DNA from: an uncultured SAR86 cluster bacterium
GTDB taxonomy: Bacteria > Pseudomonadota > Gammaproteobacteria > Magnimaribacterales > Magnimaribacteraceae
Length of the DNA stretch: 64,000 bases
Assembly (NCBI GenBank): GCA_902606175.1
Contig: CACLEZ010000003.1
Location: 45,765-109,764, forward strand
Direction of reading: 5' to 3'
Positions 1 to 7,100 of this stretch are shown one piece after another. Both the position numbers and the translations under genes were made by a program. The notes under the pieces are model-generated. The model saw only the letters and a list, made by a program, of their open reading frames with translations. It had not been told where the DNA came from and made no database searches. Each line of letters begins with the position of its first letter. The first letter of the stretch is position 1.

Positions 1-54
1 GCTGGCGATAGGATTTGAACCTACGACCTGCTGATTACAAATCAGCTGCTCTAC
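1..54 (-). repeat. Partial tRNA-Thr(UGU) copy (3' portion), att-like direct repeat; runs off the window edge
   Basis: 1-54 is identical to 1290-1343. It diverges (TATTAA vs CAACTG) at the D-loop, so the tRNA 5' end is missing. Confidence 0.95.
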
Positions 55-95
55 TATTAAAATCTCTTCAAAGTATTACTAAATCAACAATCTTA

Positions 96-203
96 TGGTT
101 GACCTGTTGGTTGACTTTACTCTCGAGTATTTGCTTTTGGTTGACCCATGGTTGACCTAGGAAATCCCCGAAACTTTGCATTTGGTTGACCTATGGTTGA
201 CCT
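96..203 (+). repeat. Six TGGTTGAC(C/T) repeats in three tandem pairs
   Basis: Copies start at 96, 108, 138, 149, 183 and 194. Intra-pair spacing is 11-12 bp; pair starts are 42 and 45 bp apart. Confidence 0.93.
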
Positions 204-233
204 ATTGGAGAAAACACATAAATTTATCTATTT

Positions 234-242
234 TGATATGAT
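234..242 (+). promoter_or_regulatory. Extended -10 promoter (TG-n-TATGAT), probably giving a leaderless mRNA
   Basis: TGATATGAT ends 6 nt before the ATG at 249; no Shine-Dalgarno upstream. Confidence 0.55.
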
Positions 243-248
243 TAAAAT

Positions 249-482
249 ATGAAACGCCTAACCGTCACCTTATTAACCTTGCTTATCCTTGGTGGTTGTT
301 CTGAACTTAGTAGATGCATGAAAGCACATAGTGTTGAAGCTACATGGACTAACTGTGAAATCATTGGTGGTCCTAAAAGTTCTCAGGGATATATAGATTG
401 TTTAGTTGCAGATAAATCAGAATTAAAACGAATGGAAAAAGAAAGAACTAAGGCTATCTGTCACAGACAAGGCATCTACTAA
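249..482 (+). CDS. Small hypothetical lipoprotein (77 aa, 4 additional Cys)
   Basis: MKR + hydrophobic core + LGGC lipobox (Cys17). Confidence 0.8.
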   Translation: MKRLTVTLLTLLILGGCSELSRCMKAHSVEATWTNCEIIGGPKSSQGYIDCLVADKSELKRMEKERTKAICHRQGIY

Positions 483-1265
483 ATGAAAAACCTAACCATC
501 ACCTTACTAACCTTGTTGCTAGTTATTGGGTGTTCCCCCAGCGAAGAAGAAGTAAAAGTTATAATCGATGATACCTATAAAGAGGTTAAGGTAATTCCCG
601 CATCAAAACCATGTGCTAATTTAGAAGGTTACAAGAAGCTTAAATCTTTAGAATCAAAATATAAAACAAATTTTTATTCAAATCTAACGGACCTTAAAAT
701 CGAAGAGTATGACAAAAAATGTTCTTTAAAATTAGATGAAGAAGAGAGGGAAAGAAAAATTCGTGAAGAGCAAAACAAACTTGGAGATTGGAGTATTGGA
801 TATTTTGTAGATGAATTTGGGGATAAAACAGGAGAAGGGTTAATAAAATTAGAAGTGAAAGGTCAATTCTCGAATTCAGCAACTACTAATTCTCCTTTAA
901 GAGTAGAGATGATTCTATCAAACGGTTCAGTTGAAAGTCCTTACTTCCAATTTTATGAATATGATAGAAATAATCCCTTGAAAGGTATTTATAGTGATAG
1001 TAATAGGATTTCCTGCAGAATAAAAAAAGAGAATGGAGATATTCTTCCTATTGGACTATATCAAGGTCAAGGCTGGGAGAGCTTAAGAATTGATGATAAT
1101 AGAAAAACAAAAAATGATGTAGAAAGTTTTAGAAGGCTAATTCTTAATGGAAAAACAGCAAAGTTTTCTTGTTATCAACAAAGATTTTCTACAGATACGT
1201 ATAAGTTTGTTTTAGATTTTAAATATTTCGAAAACGCTGATAGAAAATTCAGAAATAGATTTTAG
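483..1265 (+). CDS. Hypothetical lipoprotein (260 aa)
   Basis: MKN + hydrophobic core + VIGC lipobox (Cys17); ATG directly follows the upstream stop; no family recognised. Confidence 0.85.
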   Translation: MKNLTITLLTLLLVIGCSPSEEEVKVIIDDTYKEVKVIPASKPCANLEGYKKLKSLESKYKTNFYSNLTDLKIEEYDKKCSLKLDEEERERKIREEQNKLGDWSIGYFVDEFGDKTGEGLIKLEVKGQFSNSATTNSPLRVEMILSNGSVESPYFQFYEYDRNNPLKGIYSDSNRISCRIKKENGDILPIGLYQGQGWESLRIDDNRKTKNDVESFRRLILNGKTAKFSCYQQRFSTDTYKFVLDFKYFENADRKFRNRF

Positions 1266-1285
1266 GAACGATACATCTCCAAGAA

Positions 1286-1361
1286 TGGAGCTGGCGATAG
1301 GATTTGAACCTACGACCTGCTGATTACAAATCAGCTGCTCTACCAACTGAGCTACGCCAGC
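1286..1361 (-). tRNA. tRNA-Thr(UGU)
   Basis: Reverse complement GCTGGCG...CTGA-TTTGTAA-TCAG...GGTTCAAATCC...CGCCAGC-TCCA; 76 nt, encoded CCA. Confidence 0.97.
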
Positions 1362-1370
1362 GCGACAGGC

Positions 1371-1399
1371 ATTATAGTTCTCTTATTGAAACTTCGCCA
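1371..1399 (-). promoter_or_regulatory. Putative sigma70 promoter of tRNA-Thr(UGU) overlapping the birA stop codon
   Basis: Minus strand TGGCGA-17-TATAAT followed by GC-rich discriminator GCCTGTCGC. Confidence 0.55.
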
Positions 1400-2175
1400 T
1401 AACGAAGAGTAAGATATTCTGAACCTTCTTTAACAAGCATTTCTCCATTGTCATTTATACCTAGGACCTCTATAGTTTTATCAATGCCTTCAATGTTTAT
1501 GCTACATCTTTTTCCTGTGAGCAGATCCAATGATTCATAATCTAATTTATAGGCTTTAAAACCTTCATTGGTAAATATAGAGGTGAGTTGAAAAACTTTA
1601 TTTACTATATCTCCTATAATTTCATTTCTATTATTAATTGAGTCAGTTACTTCATCTAAAGCAATCCAAGACTGATTAATCTCTTTACCTTCTTCCTTAG
1701 ACATATGCACATTTATGCCTATACCTATTACAACGCCTACTTGATTTTTTAAATCAATAGTTTCAATCAAGATTCCTGATATCTTCTTTTTTTCAATCAA
1801 CAAGTCATTAGGCCACTTAATCCCAACTTTATTTTGAGTAAATTTATTAAGGCTAGATGCAAGAATAGTTCCAATAGCTAGACTTAGACCATCAAGCTGG
1901 GAATACTTTAGGTTAGACAGCCATCCGATAGAAAGGTATATATTTTTTCCTCTGGGGCTAATCCATTTCTTACCATTTCTGCCTTTTCCAGCAATTTGCT
2001 GTTCGGATGTATGGATTGATAAAGGAGATGATTGCTCTGACAAAAAATTTTTTGCATCATCATTAGTGGAACCTGTAGATTGAGATATAAAGATTTCGAT
2101 ATTTGAATCTAATAGATCTTTCTCTAGGAAATCTTTTAATAAATCTATATTTAGAGGAATGTGGTTGTTGTTCAT
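1372..2175 (-). CDS. birA: Biotin--[acetyl-CoA carboxylase] ligase (no N-terminal HTH)
   Basis: STN, Q..GKGRNGKKW.SP, KWPNDL, KISGILIE and GIGINV motifs. Confidence 0.95.
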   Translation of the reverse strand: MNNNHIPLNIDLLKDFLEKDLLDSNIEIFISQSTGSTNDDAKNFLSEQSSPLSIHTSEQQIAGKGRNGKKWISPRGKNIYLSIGWLSNLKYSQLDGLSLAIGTILASSLNKFTQNKVGIKWPNDLLIEKKKISGILIETIDLKNQVGVVIGIGINVHMSKEEGKEINQSWIALDEVTDSINNRNEIIGDIVNKVFQLTSIFTNEGFKAYKLDYESLDLLTGKRCSINIEGIDKTIEVLGINDNGEMLVKEGSEYLTLRYGEVSIREL

Positions 2176-2209
2176 AACCTAAAAATTTTGGAAATTTAAG
2201 TAATTTAAG

Positions 2210-2247
2210 TTGACATAGTAAGCTCGCAGTTACAGAATTGCGCGCTG
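2210..2247 (+). promoter_or_regulatory. Sigma70 promoter for tRNA-Tyr with GC discriminator
   Basis: TTGACA(2210)-17-CAGAAT(2233), then TGCGCGC. Confidence 0.7.
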
Positions 2248-2266
2248 TTTTTTAACCTAATTTATA

Positions 2267-2351
<85 letters not shown>

Positions 2352-2383
2352 CTAAAAAATCTCTCCAAAAGATGCGAAAACAC

Positions 2384-2420
2384 TTGCATTAGAAGCCTAA
2401 AAATACTATAAAAGCGCTCC
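2384..2420 (+). promoter_or_regulatory. Second sigma70 promoter upstream of tRNA-Thr(GGU)-tuf
   Basis: TTGCAT(2384)-17-TATAAA(2407), then GCGCTCC discriminator. Confidence 0.65.
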
Positions 2421-2531
2421 GAGCTTTGGGTTGTGGGTTTTATTTCGTTAGATTTTATAGATTATTTCTTTTCTCTGATTATCAGAAAAAATACTCTACA
2501 CCCTATAAAAGCAGCAAAAATATAGATTTTT

Positions 2532-2607
<76 letters not shown>

Positions 2608-2639
2608 GTTAACAGTAATTTAAATTTAGGGAAAAAAAA

Positions 2640-3824
2640 ATGGCTAAAGAAAAATTTGAAAGAACCAAACCCCATGTCAATGTAGGAACAATCGGACACG
2701 TTGATCATGGTAAGACAACTTTAACTGCTGCGATAACGAAAGTTCAAGCTGAAGCTCTAGGTGGAGAAGCAATTGCCTTCGATGGTATTGATAACGCACC
2801 AGAAGAAAAAGAACGTGGTATAACCATATCTACCTCTCACGTTGAATATGATTCTGAATCAAGACATTATGCTCACGTAGACTGTCCTGGTCACGCCGAC
2901 TATATTAAAAACATGATCACAGGTGCCGCACAAATGGACGGTGCGATACTAGTAGTGAATGCTGCAGATGGTCCCATGCCTCAAACAAGAGAGCACATAC
3001 TTTTAGCAAGGCAGGTAGGAGTACCTCATATTGTAGTATTTTTAAACAAAGCTGATATGGTCGATGATGCAGAATTAATCGAATTAGTTGAAATGGAGGT
3101 TAGAGAGCTATTAACAGAGTATGACTTCCCTGGTGATGACACTCCCGTAATTGTAGGATCTGCATTGAAAGCTCTAGAAGGAGATGCAGAATACGCTGCA
3201 AAAATACAAGAGCTAGTCCAGGCATTGGATGATTTTGTCCCAGAGCCTGTAAGAGACACTGACAAACCTTTCTTAATGCCTATTGAAGATATATTTACAA
3301 TACAAGGCCGTGGAACAGTTGTAACAGGCAGAATAGAAAGAGGTGAAATTAAAGTAAACGAAGAGATAGAGATAGTCGGTATTAGAGAAACTACCAAAAC
3401 CGTTTGTACTGGAGTAGAGATGTTCAGAAAACTTCTTGATGAAGGTAAGGCAGGAGAAAATGTTGGTATCCTTTTAAGAGGAACTGAGAGAGATGCTGTT
3501 GAAAGAGGACAAGTTCTCACTAAGCCAGGAGCTATCAATCCTCATACTAAGTTTGAAGCTACAGTCTATGTTTTATCTAAAGAAGAAGGCGGACGACATA
3601 CACCTTTCTTTAAAGGATATAGACCACAATTCTATGTAAGAACTACTGACGTAACAGGAGCCGTAGAGCTACCAGATGGTGTTGAAATGGTTATGCCTGG
3701 AGACAATATAGATATGACTGTTGAACTAATTTCTCCAATTGCAATGGAAGATGGAATGAACTTCGCAATAAGAGAAGGTGGAAGAACAGTTGGTTCTGGA
3801 GTAGTTACTAAAATTATTGATTAG
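2640..3824 (+). CDS. tuf: Elongation factor Tu
   Basis: [13 protein letters not shown] and NKAD motifs; 394 aa. Confidence 0.99.
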   Translation: MAKEKFERTKPHVNVGTIGHVDHGKTTLTAAITKVQAEALGGEAIAFDGIDNAPEEKERGITISTSHVEYDSESRHYAHVDCPGHADYIKNMITGAAQMDGAILVVNAADGPMPQTREHILLARQVGVPHIVVFLNKADMVDDAELIELVEMEVRELLTEYDFPGDDTPVIVGSALKALEGDAEYAAKIQELVQALDDFVPEPVRDTDKPFLMPIEDIFTIQGRGTVVTGRIERGEIKVNEEIEIVGIRETTKTVCTGVEMFRKLLDEGKAGENVGILLRGTERDAVERGQVLTKPGAINPHTKFEATVYVLSKEEGGRHTPFFKGYRPQFYVRTTDVTGAVELPDGVEMVMPGDNIDMTVELISPIAMEDGMNFAIREGGRTVGSGVVTKIID

Positions 3825-3825
3825 T

Positions 3826-3901
3826 AGGCCAGTAGCTCAATTGGCAGAGCGACGGTCTCCAAAACCGTAGGTTGGGGGTTCGATTCCCTCCTGGCCTGCC
3901 A
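3826..3901 (+). tRNA. tRNA-Trp(CCA)
   Basis: AGGCCAG...ACGGT-CTCCAAA-ACCGT...CTGGCCT-GCCA; canonical tuf-secE position. Confidence 0.97.
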
Positions 3902-3928
3902 CTCAGCCAAAAAGCTTAGCCTTATAAA

Positions 3929-4285
3929 ATGGGAAATAGTATAAGAATGCAAAATTATATCCGTTGGATTGCTGGACTCGCTGTTGTGGGACTAGCTGTT
4001 TACGGTAATTCTTATTATTTTCAAGAACCACTTCTTTACAGGGTAATAGGAGTGATCGTTTTATCTAGTTTAGGTCTCTTCATTTTAACTACAACTCAAG
4101 AAGGAAAAGAGGCCCTTAAAACTGTAATAGATTCAAGAACTGAGATTCGAAGAGTAGTTTGGCCTACTAGGACAGAAACAACTCAAACTACTCTCATCGT
4201 CTTGGTGGCCATAACAATAGCAGCTCTTATCTTATGGGGACTTGATTCCTTATTCGGTTGGGCAACAGCAGCTTTATTGGGATAA
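3929..4285 (+). CDS. secE: Preprotein translocase subunit SecE (start may be the ATG at 3947)
   Basis: [12 protein letters not shown] motif, 3 TM segments, synteny. Confidence 0.95.
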   Translation: MGNSIRMQNYIRWIAGLAVVGLAVYGNSYYFQEPLLYRVIGVIVLSSLGLFILTTTQEGKEALKTVIDSRTEIRRVVWPTRTETTQTTLIVLVAITIAALILWGLDSLFGWATAALLG

Positions 4286-4287
4286 AT

Positions 4288-4821
4288 ATGGATAAACAGT
4301 GGTACGTAATACATGCTTACTCTGGATATGAGACCAAAGTCAGAGAAGCTCTAATTGAGAGAATAGAAAGATTGGGAATGGATGATCTATTCGGGGAGAT
4401 TATGGTTCCATCCGAAGAAGTCGTTGAAATGAAAGGCGGTCAAGAGAGGAAAACTCAAAGGAAATTCTTCCCTGGTTACGTTTTGGTAAATATGGAACTT
4501 AATGATGATAGTTGGCATCTTGTAAAAGACACACCTCGTGTTATGGGGTTCATAGGAGGTACGAAAGAAAAACCATCTCCTCTTTCAAATGTTGAAGCGC
4601 AAGGAATTATGCAGCAACTTGAACAGGGATCAGACATCACCAAACCAAAAGTATCTTTTGAACCTGGTGAAATGGTAAGAGTAGTCGATGGACCTTTTAA
4701 TGACTTCAGTGGAGTTGTTGAAGAAGTTAATTACGAGAAAAGTAAGGTAAGAGTAGCTGTATTGATTTTTGGTCGATCAACACCTGTTGAATTGCAATTC
4801 AATCAAATCGAGAAAGGATAA
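4288..4821 (+). CDS. nusG: Transcription factor NusG
   Basis: [19 protein letters not shown] and KOW motif; start taken at ATG 4288. Confidence 0.98.
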   Translation: MDKQWYVIHAYSGYETKVREALIERIERLGMDDLFGEIMVPSEEVVEMKGGQERKTQRKFFPGYVLVNMELNDDSWHLVKDTPRVMGFIGGTKEKPSPLSNVEAQGIMQQLEQGSDITKPKVSFEPGEMVRVVDGPFNDFSGVVEEVNYEKSKVRVAVLIFGRSTPVELQFNQIEKG

Positions 4822-5249
4822 TGGCAAAAGAAATACAAACGTATGTAAAACTACAAGTCCCAGCCGGTCAGGCCTCACCAAGCCCACCTGTCGGTCCTGC
4901 ATTAGGTCAACACGGCTTACCTTTAATGGATTTCTGTAATGCATTCAATGCACGAACTAAAGACTTAGAACAAGGATTACCTTGTCCTGTAGTGATAACC
5001 GTTTATGAAGATAAGAGCTTCGATTTTGTTATTAAGACTACACCGGCATCAGTACTTATCAAAAAAGCTGCAGGCATTAAATCAGGTAGCGGAACCCCCA
5101 ATAGTGTAAAAGTTGGAAAGGTAACAAGAGCTCAATTAGAAGAAATTGCAAAAATAAAAGATCCAGATCTTACTGCTGCTGATATGGATGCTGCCGTAAG
5201 AACATTGTCTGGAAGTGCCAGAAGCGCTGGTATAGAAGTAGAAGGTTAA
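4821..5249 (+). CDS. rplK: 50S ribosomal protein L11
   Basis: [13 protein letters not shown] motif. Confidence 0.99.
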   Translation: MAKEIQTYVKLQVPAGQASPSPPVGPALGQHGLPLMDFCNAFNARTKDLEQGLPCPVVITVYEDKSFDFVIKTTPASVLIKKAAGIKSGSGTPNSVKVGKVTRAQLEEIAKIKDPDLTAADMDAAVRTLSGSARSAGIEVEG

Positions 5250-5250
5250 A

Positions 5251-5937
5251 ATGAATCAGAGTAAAAGAAAGCAATACATCAATTCTTTAGAAGAAAAAAA
5301 ATATAATGTTTCAGAGGCAATGGAATTTATCCAAGCTTCACCAAAAGTTAAGTTCAATGAATCCATTGATGTAGCCATCAATTTGGGCGTTGATCCTACT
5401 AAGTCAGATCAAAATGTTAGAGGTGCTACAACTCTACCAGCAGGTTCAGGAAAGCCTTGTAGAGTAGCTGTTTTTGTAGAAGGCGACCAAGCTTCAGCCG
5501 CCAAAGAAGCCGGTGCTGATGCTGTTGGCATGGAAGACCTCGCAGAAGAAATTAAAAAAGGTGAAGTTGACTATGATGTCATCATAGCTACACCAGATAC
5601 GATGAAAATTGTTAGTCCTTTAGGAAAGGTTTTGGGCCCTAAGGGAACTATGCCTAATCCTAAAACAGGTACAGTCACTAAAGACGTAGGCTCTGCAGTA
5701 AAAAACGCAAAAGCTGGACAAATCAGATATAGAACAGATAAAGGTGCAATTATCCATGGAAGAATCGGGGATATAAGCTATACACCTGAACAGATTAAAC
5801 AGAACTTAGAAACGCTTTTAGATGACTTGAAGAGGAATAAGCCCCCTTCAGCTAAAGGAGTTTTTATTAAAAAAGCAACTCTCTCTTCCACTATGGGAGC
5901 TGGAGTTGAAATTGATTTATCTTCTTTAGTTTTTTAA
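5251..5937 (+). CDS. rplA: 50S ribosomal protein L1
   Basis: [19 protein letters not shown] motifs. Confidence 0.99.
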   Translation: MNQSKRKQYINSLEEKKYNVSEAMEFIQASPKVKFNESIDVAINLGVDPTKSDQNVRGATTLPAGSGKPCRVAVFVEGDQASAAKEAGADAVGMEDLAEEIKKGEVDYDVIIATPDTMKIVSPLGKVLGPKGTMPNPKTGTVTKDVGSAVKNAKAGQIRYRTDKGAIIHGRIGDISYTPEQIKQNLETLLDDLKRNKPPSAKGVFIKKATLSSTMGAGVEIDLSSLVF

Positions 5938-5983
5938 AGATTAATAAAGATAAAAGGTTTCTTCAGTATGGTGCGATTATTCG

Positions 5984-6100
5984 CCCATCGAAGACCGTAG
6001 GTGCGAGGAAAGGTTCCTTGCTTAATTATTTTGACCTACGCAGATGGTAATTGACTGCTTGCAGTCATAGCCAAAAAGATAATACCAATTATTGGTATTT
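5984..6100 (+). promoter_or_regulatory. L10 (rplJ) leader autoregulatory RNA
   Basis: CCATC-GAAGAC-CGTAGG...TTAA...CCTACG-CA-GATGG resembles the gammaproteobacterial L10 leader; further hairpins TGACTGC/GCAGTCA and AATACCAA/TTGGTATT follow. Confidence 0.85.
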
Positions 6101-6113
6101 GGAGGATAGGAAG

Positions 6114-6641
6114 ATGCCAATGCGCATTGATGACAAGAAAGTTGCTGTCGACGAGCTTAAAGACATAGCTAATAAAGCAACTTCAGCTGTAGCTGCTGAT
6201 TATCATGGTGCATCCGTTACTGAGTTAACCAAACTCAGAAAAGATGCTAGAGAGAACTCAGTTCATCTGAAGATTATTAGAAATACTCTTGCAAAAAGAG
6301 CTTTAAATGACACAAAATATTCTTGTTTTGAAGACTTGTTAGTAGGCCCAACTATGTTGGCTTTCTCACTAGAGGATCCTACAAGTGCAGCTAAACTAGT
6401 TAATGACTTCACAAAGATCAATAGTAAATTTGCAGTAAAAGGAATTTCCCTAGGAGATTCTTTATTAGAGCTTTCAAAGCTCTCTGCATTAGCGAATATG
6501 CCTTCTAGAGAACAGGCTTTAAGCCAACTAGCAGGTTTATTAAATGCACCTATGAATCAATTCGTAAATATTCTTAATCAAGTACCTTCTAAACTTGTCA
6601 GAACCTTACAAGCAGTGAAAGAACAAAAAGAATCGGCATAA
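6114..6641 (+). CDS. rplJ: 50S ribosomal protein L10
   Basis: RNTLAKRA and LVGPT motifs; ATG 6114 has a GGAGG SD. Confidence 0.98.
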   Translation: MPMRIDDKKVAVDELKDIANKATSAVAADYHGASVTELTKLRKDARENSVHLKIIRNTLAKRALNDTKYSCFEDLLVGPTMLAFSLEDPTSAAKLVNDFTKINSKFAVKGISLGDSLLELSKLSALANMPSREQALSQLAGLLNAPMNQFVNILNQVPSKLVRTLQAVKEQKESA

Positions 6642-6671
6642 CCTTAATTAATTAACATTTGGAGAATAAAA

Positions 6672-7058
6672 ATGGCACTAAGTAAAGAAGAAATATTGGA
6701 CGCTATAGCCGAAATGAGCGTCATAGACATTGTTGATCTTATAGAAGCAATGGAAGAAAAATTTGGGGTATCTGCAGCAGCTCCTGTAGCAGCGGCAGCT
6801 CCAGTAGCAGCTGGTGGTGATGCAGGTGGAGAAGCGGAAGCAGATGATGCTCCTGTTGATATTCACCTATCCGAAGTCGGTGATAAGAAAGTAGATGTAA
6901 TAAAAGCAGTAAGAGCAATTACTGGTTTAGGTCTTAAAGATGCAAAAGCTATGGTCGATGAAGCTCCTTCAGTTATAAAAGAAGGCGTAAATAAAGCTGA
7001 AGCCGACGAGCATGCAAAGGCATTACAAGATGCTGGTGCAACTGTTGAATTAAAATAA
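6672..7058 (+). CDS. rplL: 50S ribosomal protein L7/L12
   Basis: [27 protein letters not shown]. Confidence 0.99.
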   Translation: MALSKEEILDAIAEMSVIDIVDLIEAMEEKFGVSAAAPVAAAAPVAAGGDAGGEAEADDAPVDIHLSEVGDKKVDVIKAVRAITGLGLKDAKAMVDEAPSVIKEGVNKAEADEHAKALQDAGATVELK

Positions 7059-7100
7059 CAAACTTTCTAAAAACATAAATAAATTAAAAAAGAGGTCTTT

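Larger units (their letters stand above)
1..1343. mobile_element. Putative tRNA-Thr-integrated mini-island/gene cassette without integrase
   Basis: Bounded by a 54-bp direct repeat of the tRNA-Thr 3' part; contains clustered short repeats and two orphan lipoprotein genes; no recombinase ORF inside. Confidence 0.7.

Noticed and set aside
1-54. A second functional tRNA-Thr
   Set aside because: It lacks the 5' acceptor strand and the 5' half of the D-arm, so it cannot fold as a tRNA.
96-203. Repeat cluster as a CRISPR array
   Set aside because: Units are only 9-10 bp and paired, with about 20-24 bp gaps; there are no 23-47-bp repeats and no cas genes.
3826-3901. Alternative genetic code (UGA recoding)
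   Set aside because: tRNA-Trp has a CCA anticodon, all core genes are full length under code 11, and dapB ends in TGA.
6051-6113. N-terminal extensions suggested by the ORF track (rplJ 6051; likewise nusG 4258, rpsD 29598, proB 39478, 45568, dxr 56828)
   Set aside because: Homology starts at downstream ATGs, and the extensions overlap leaders or upstream genes.
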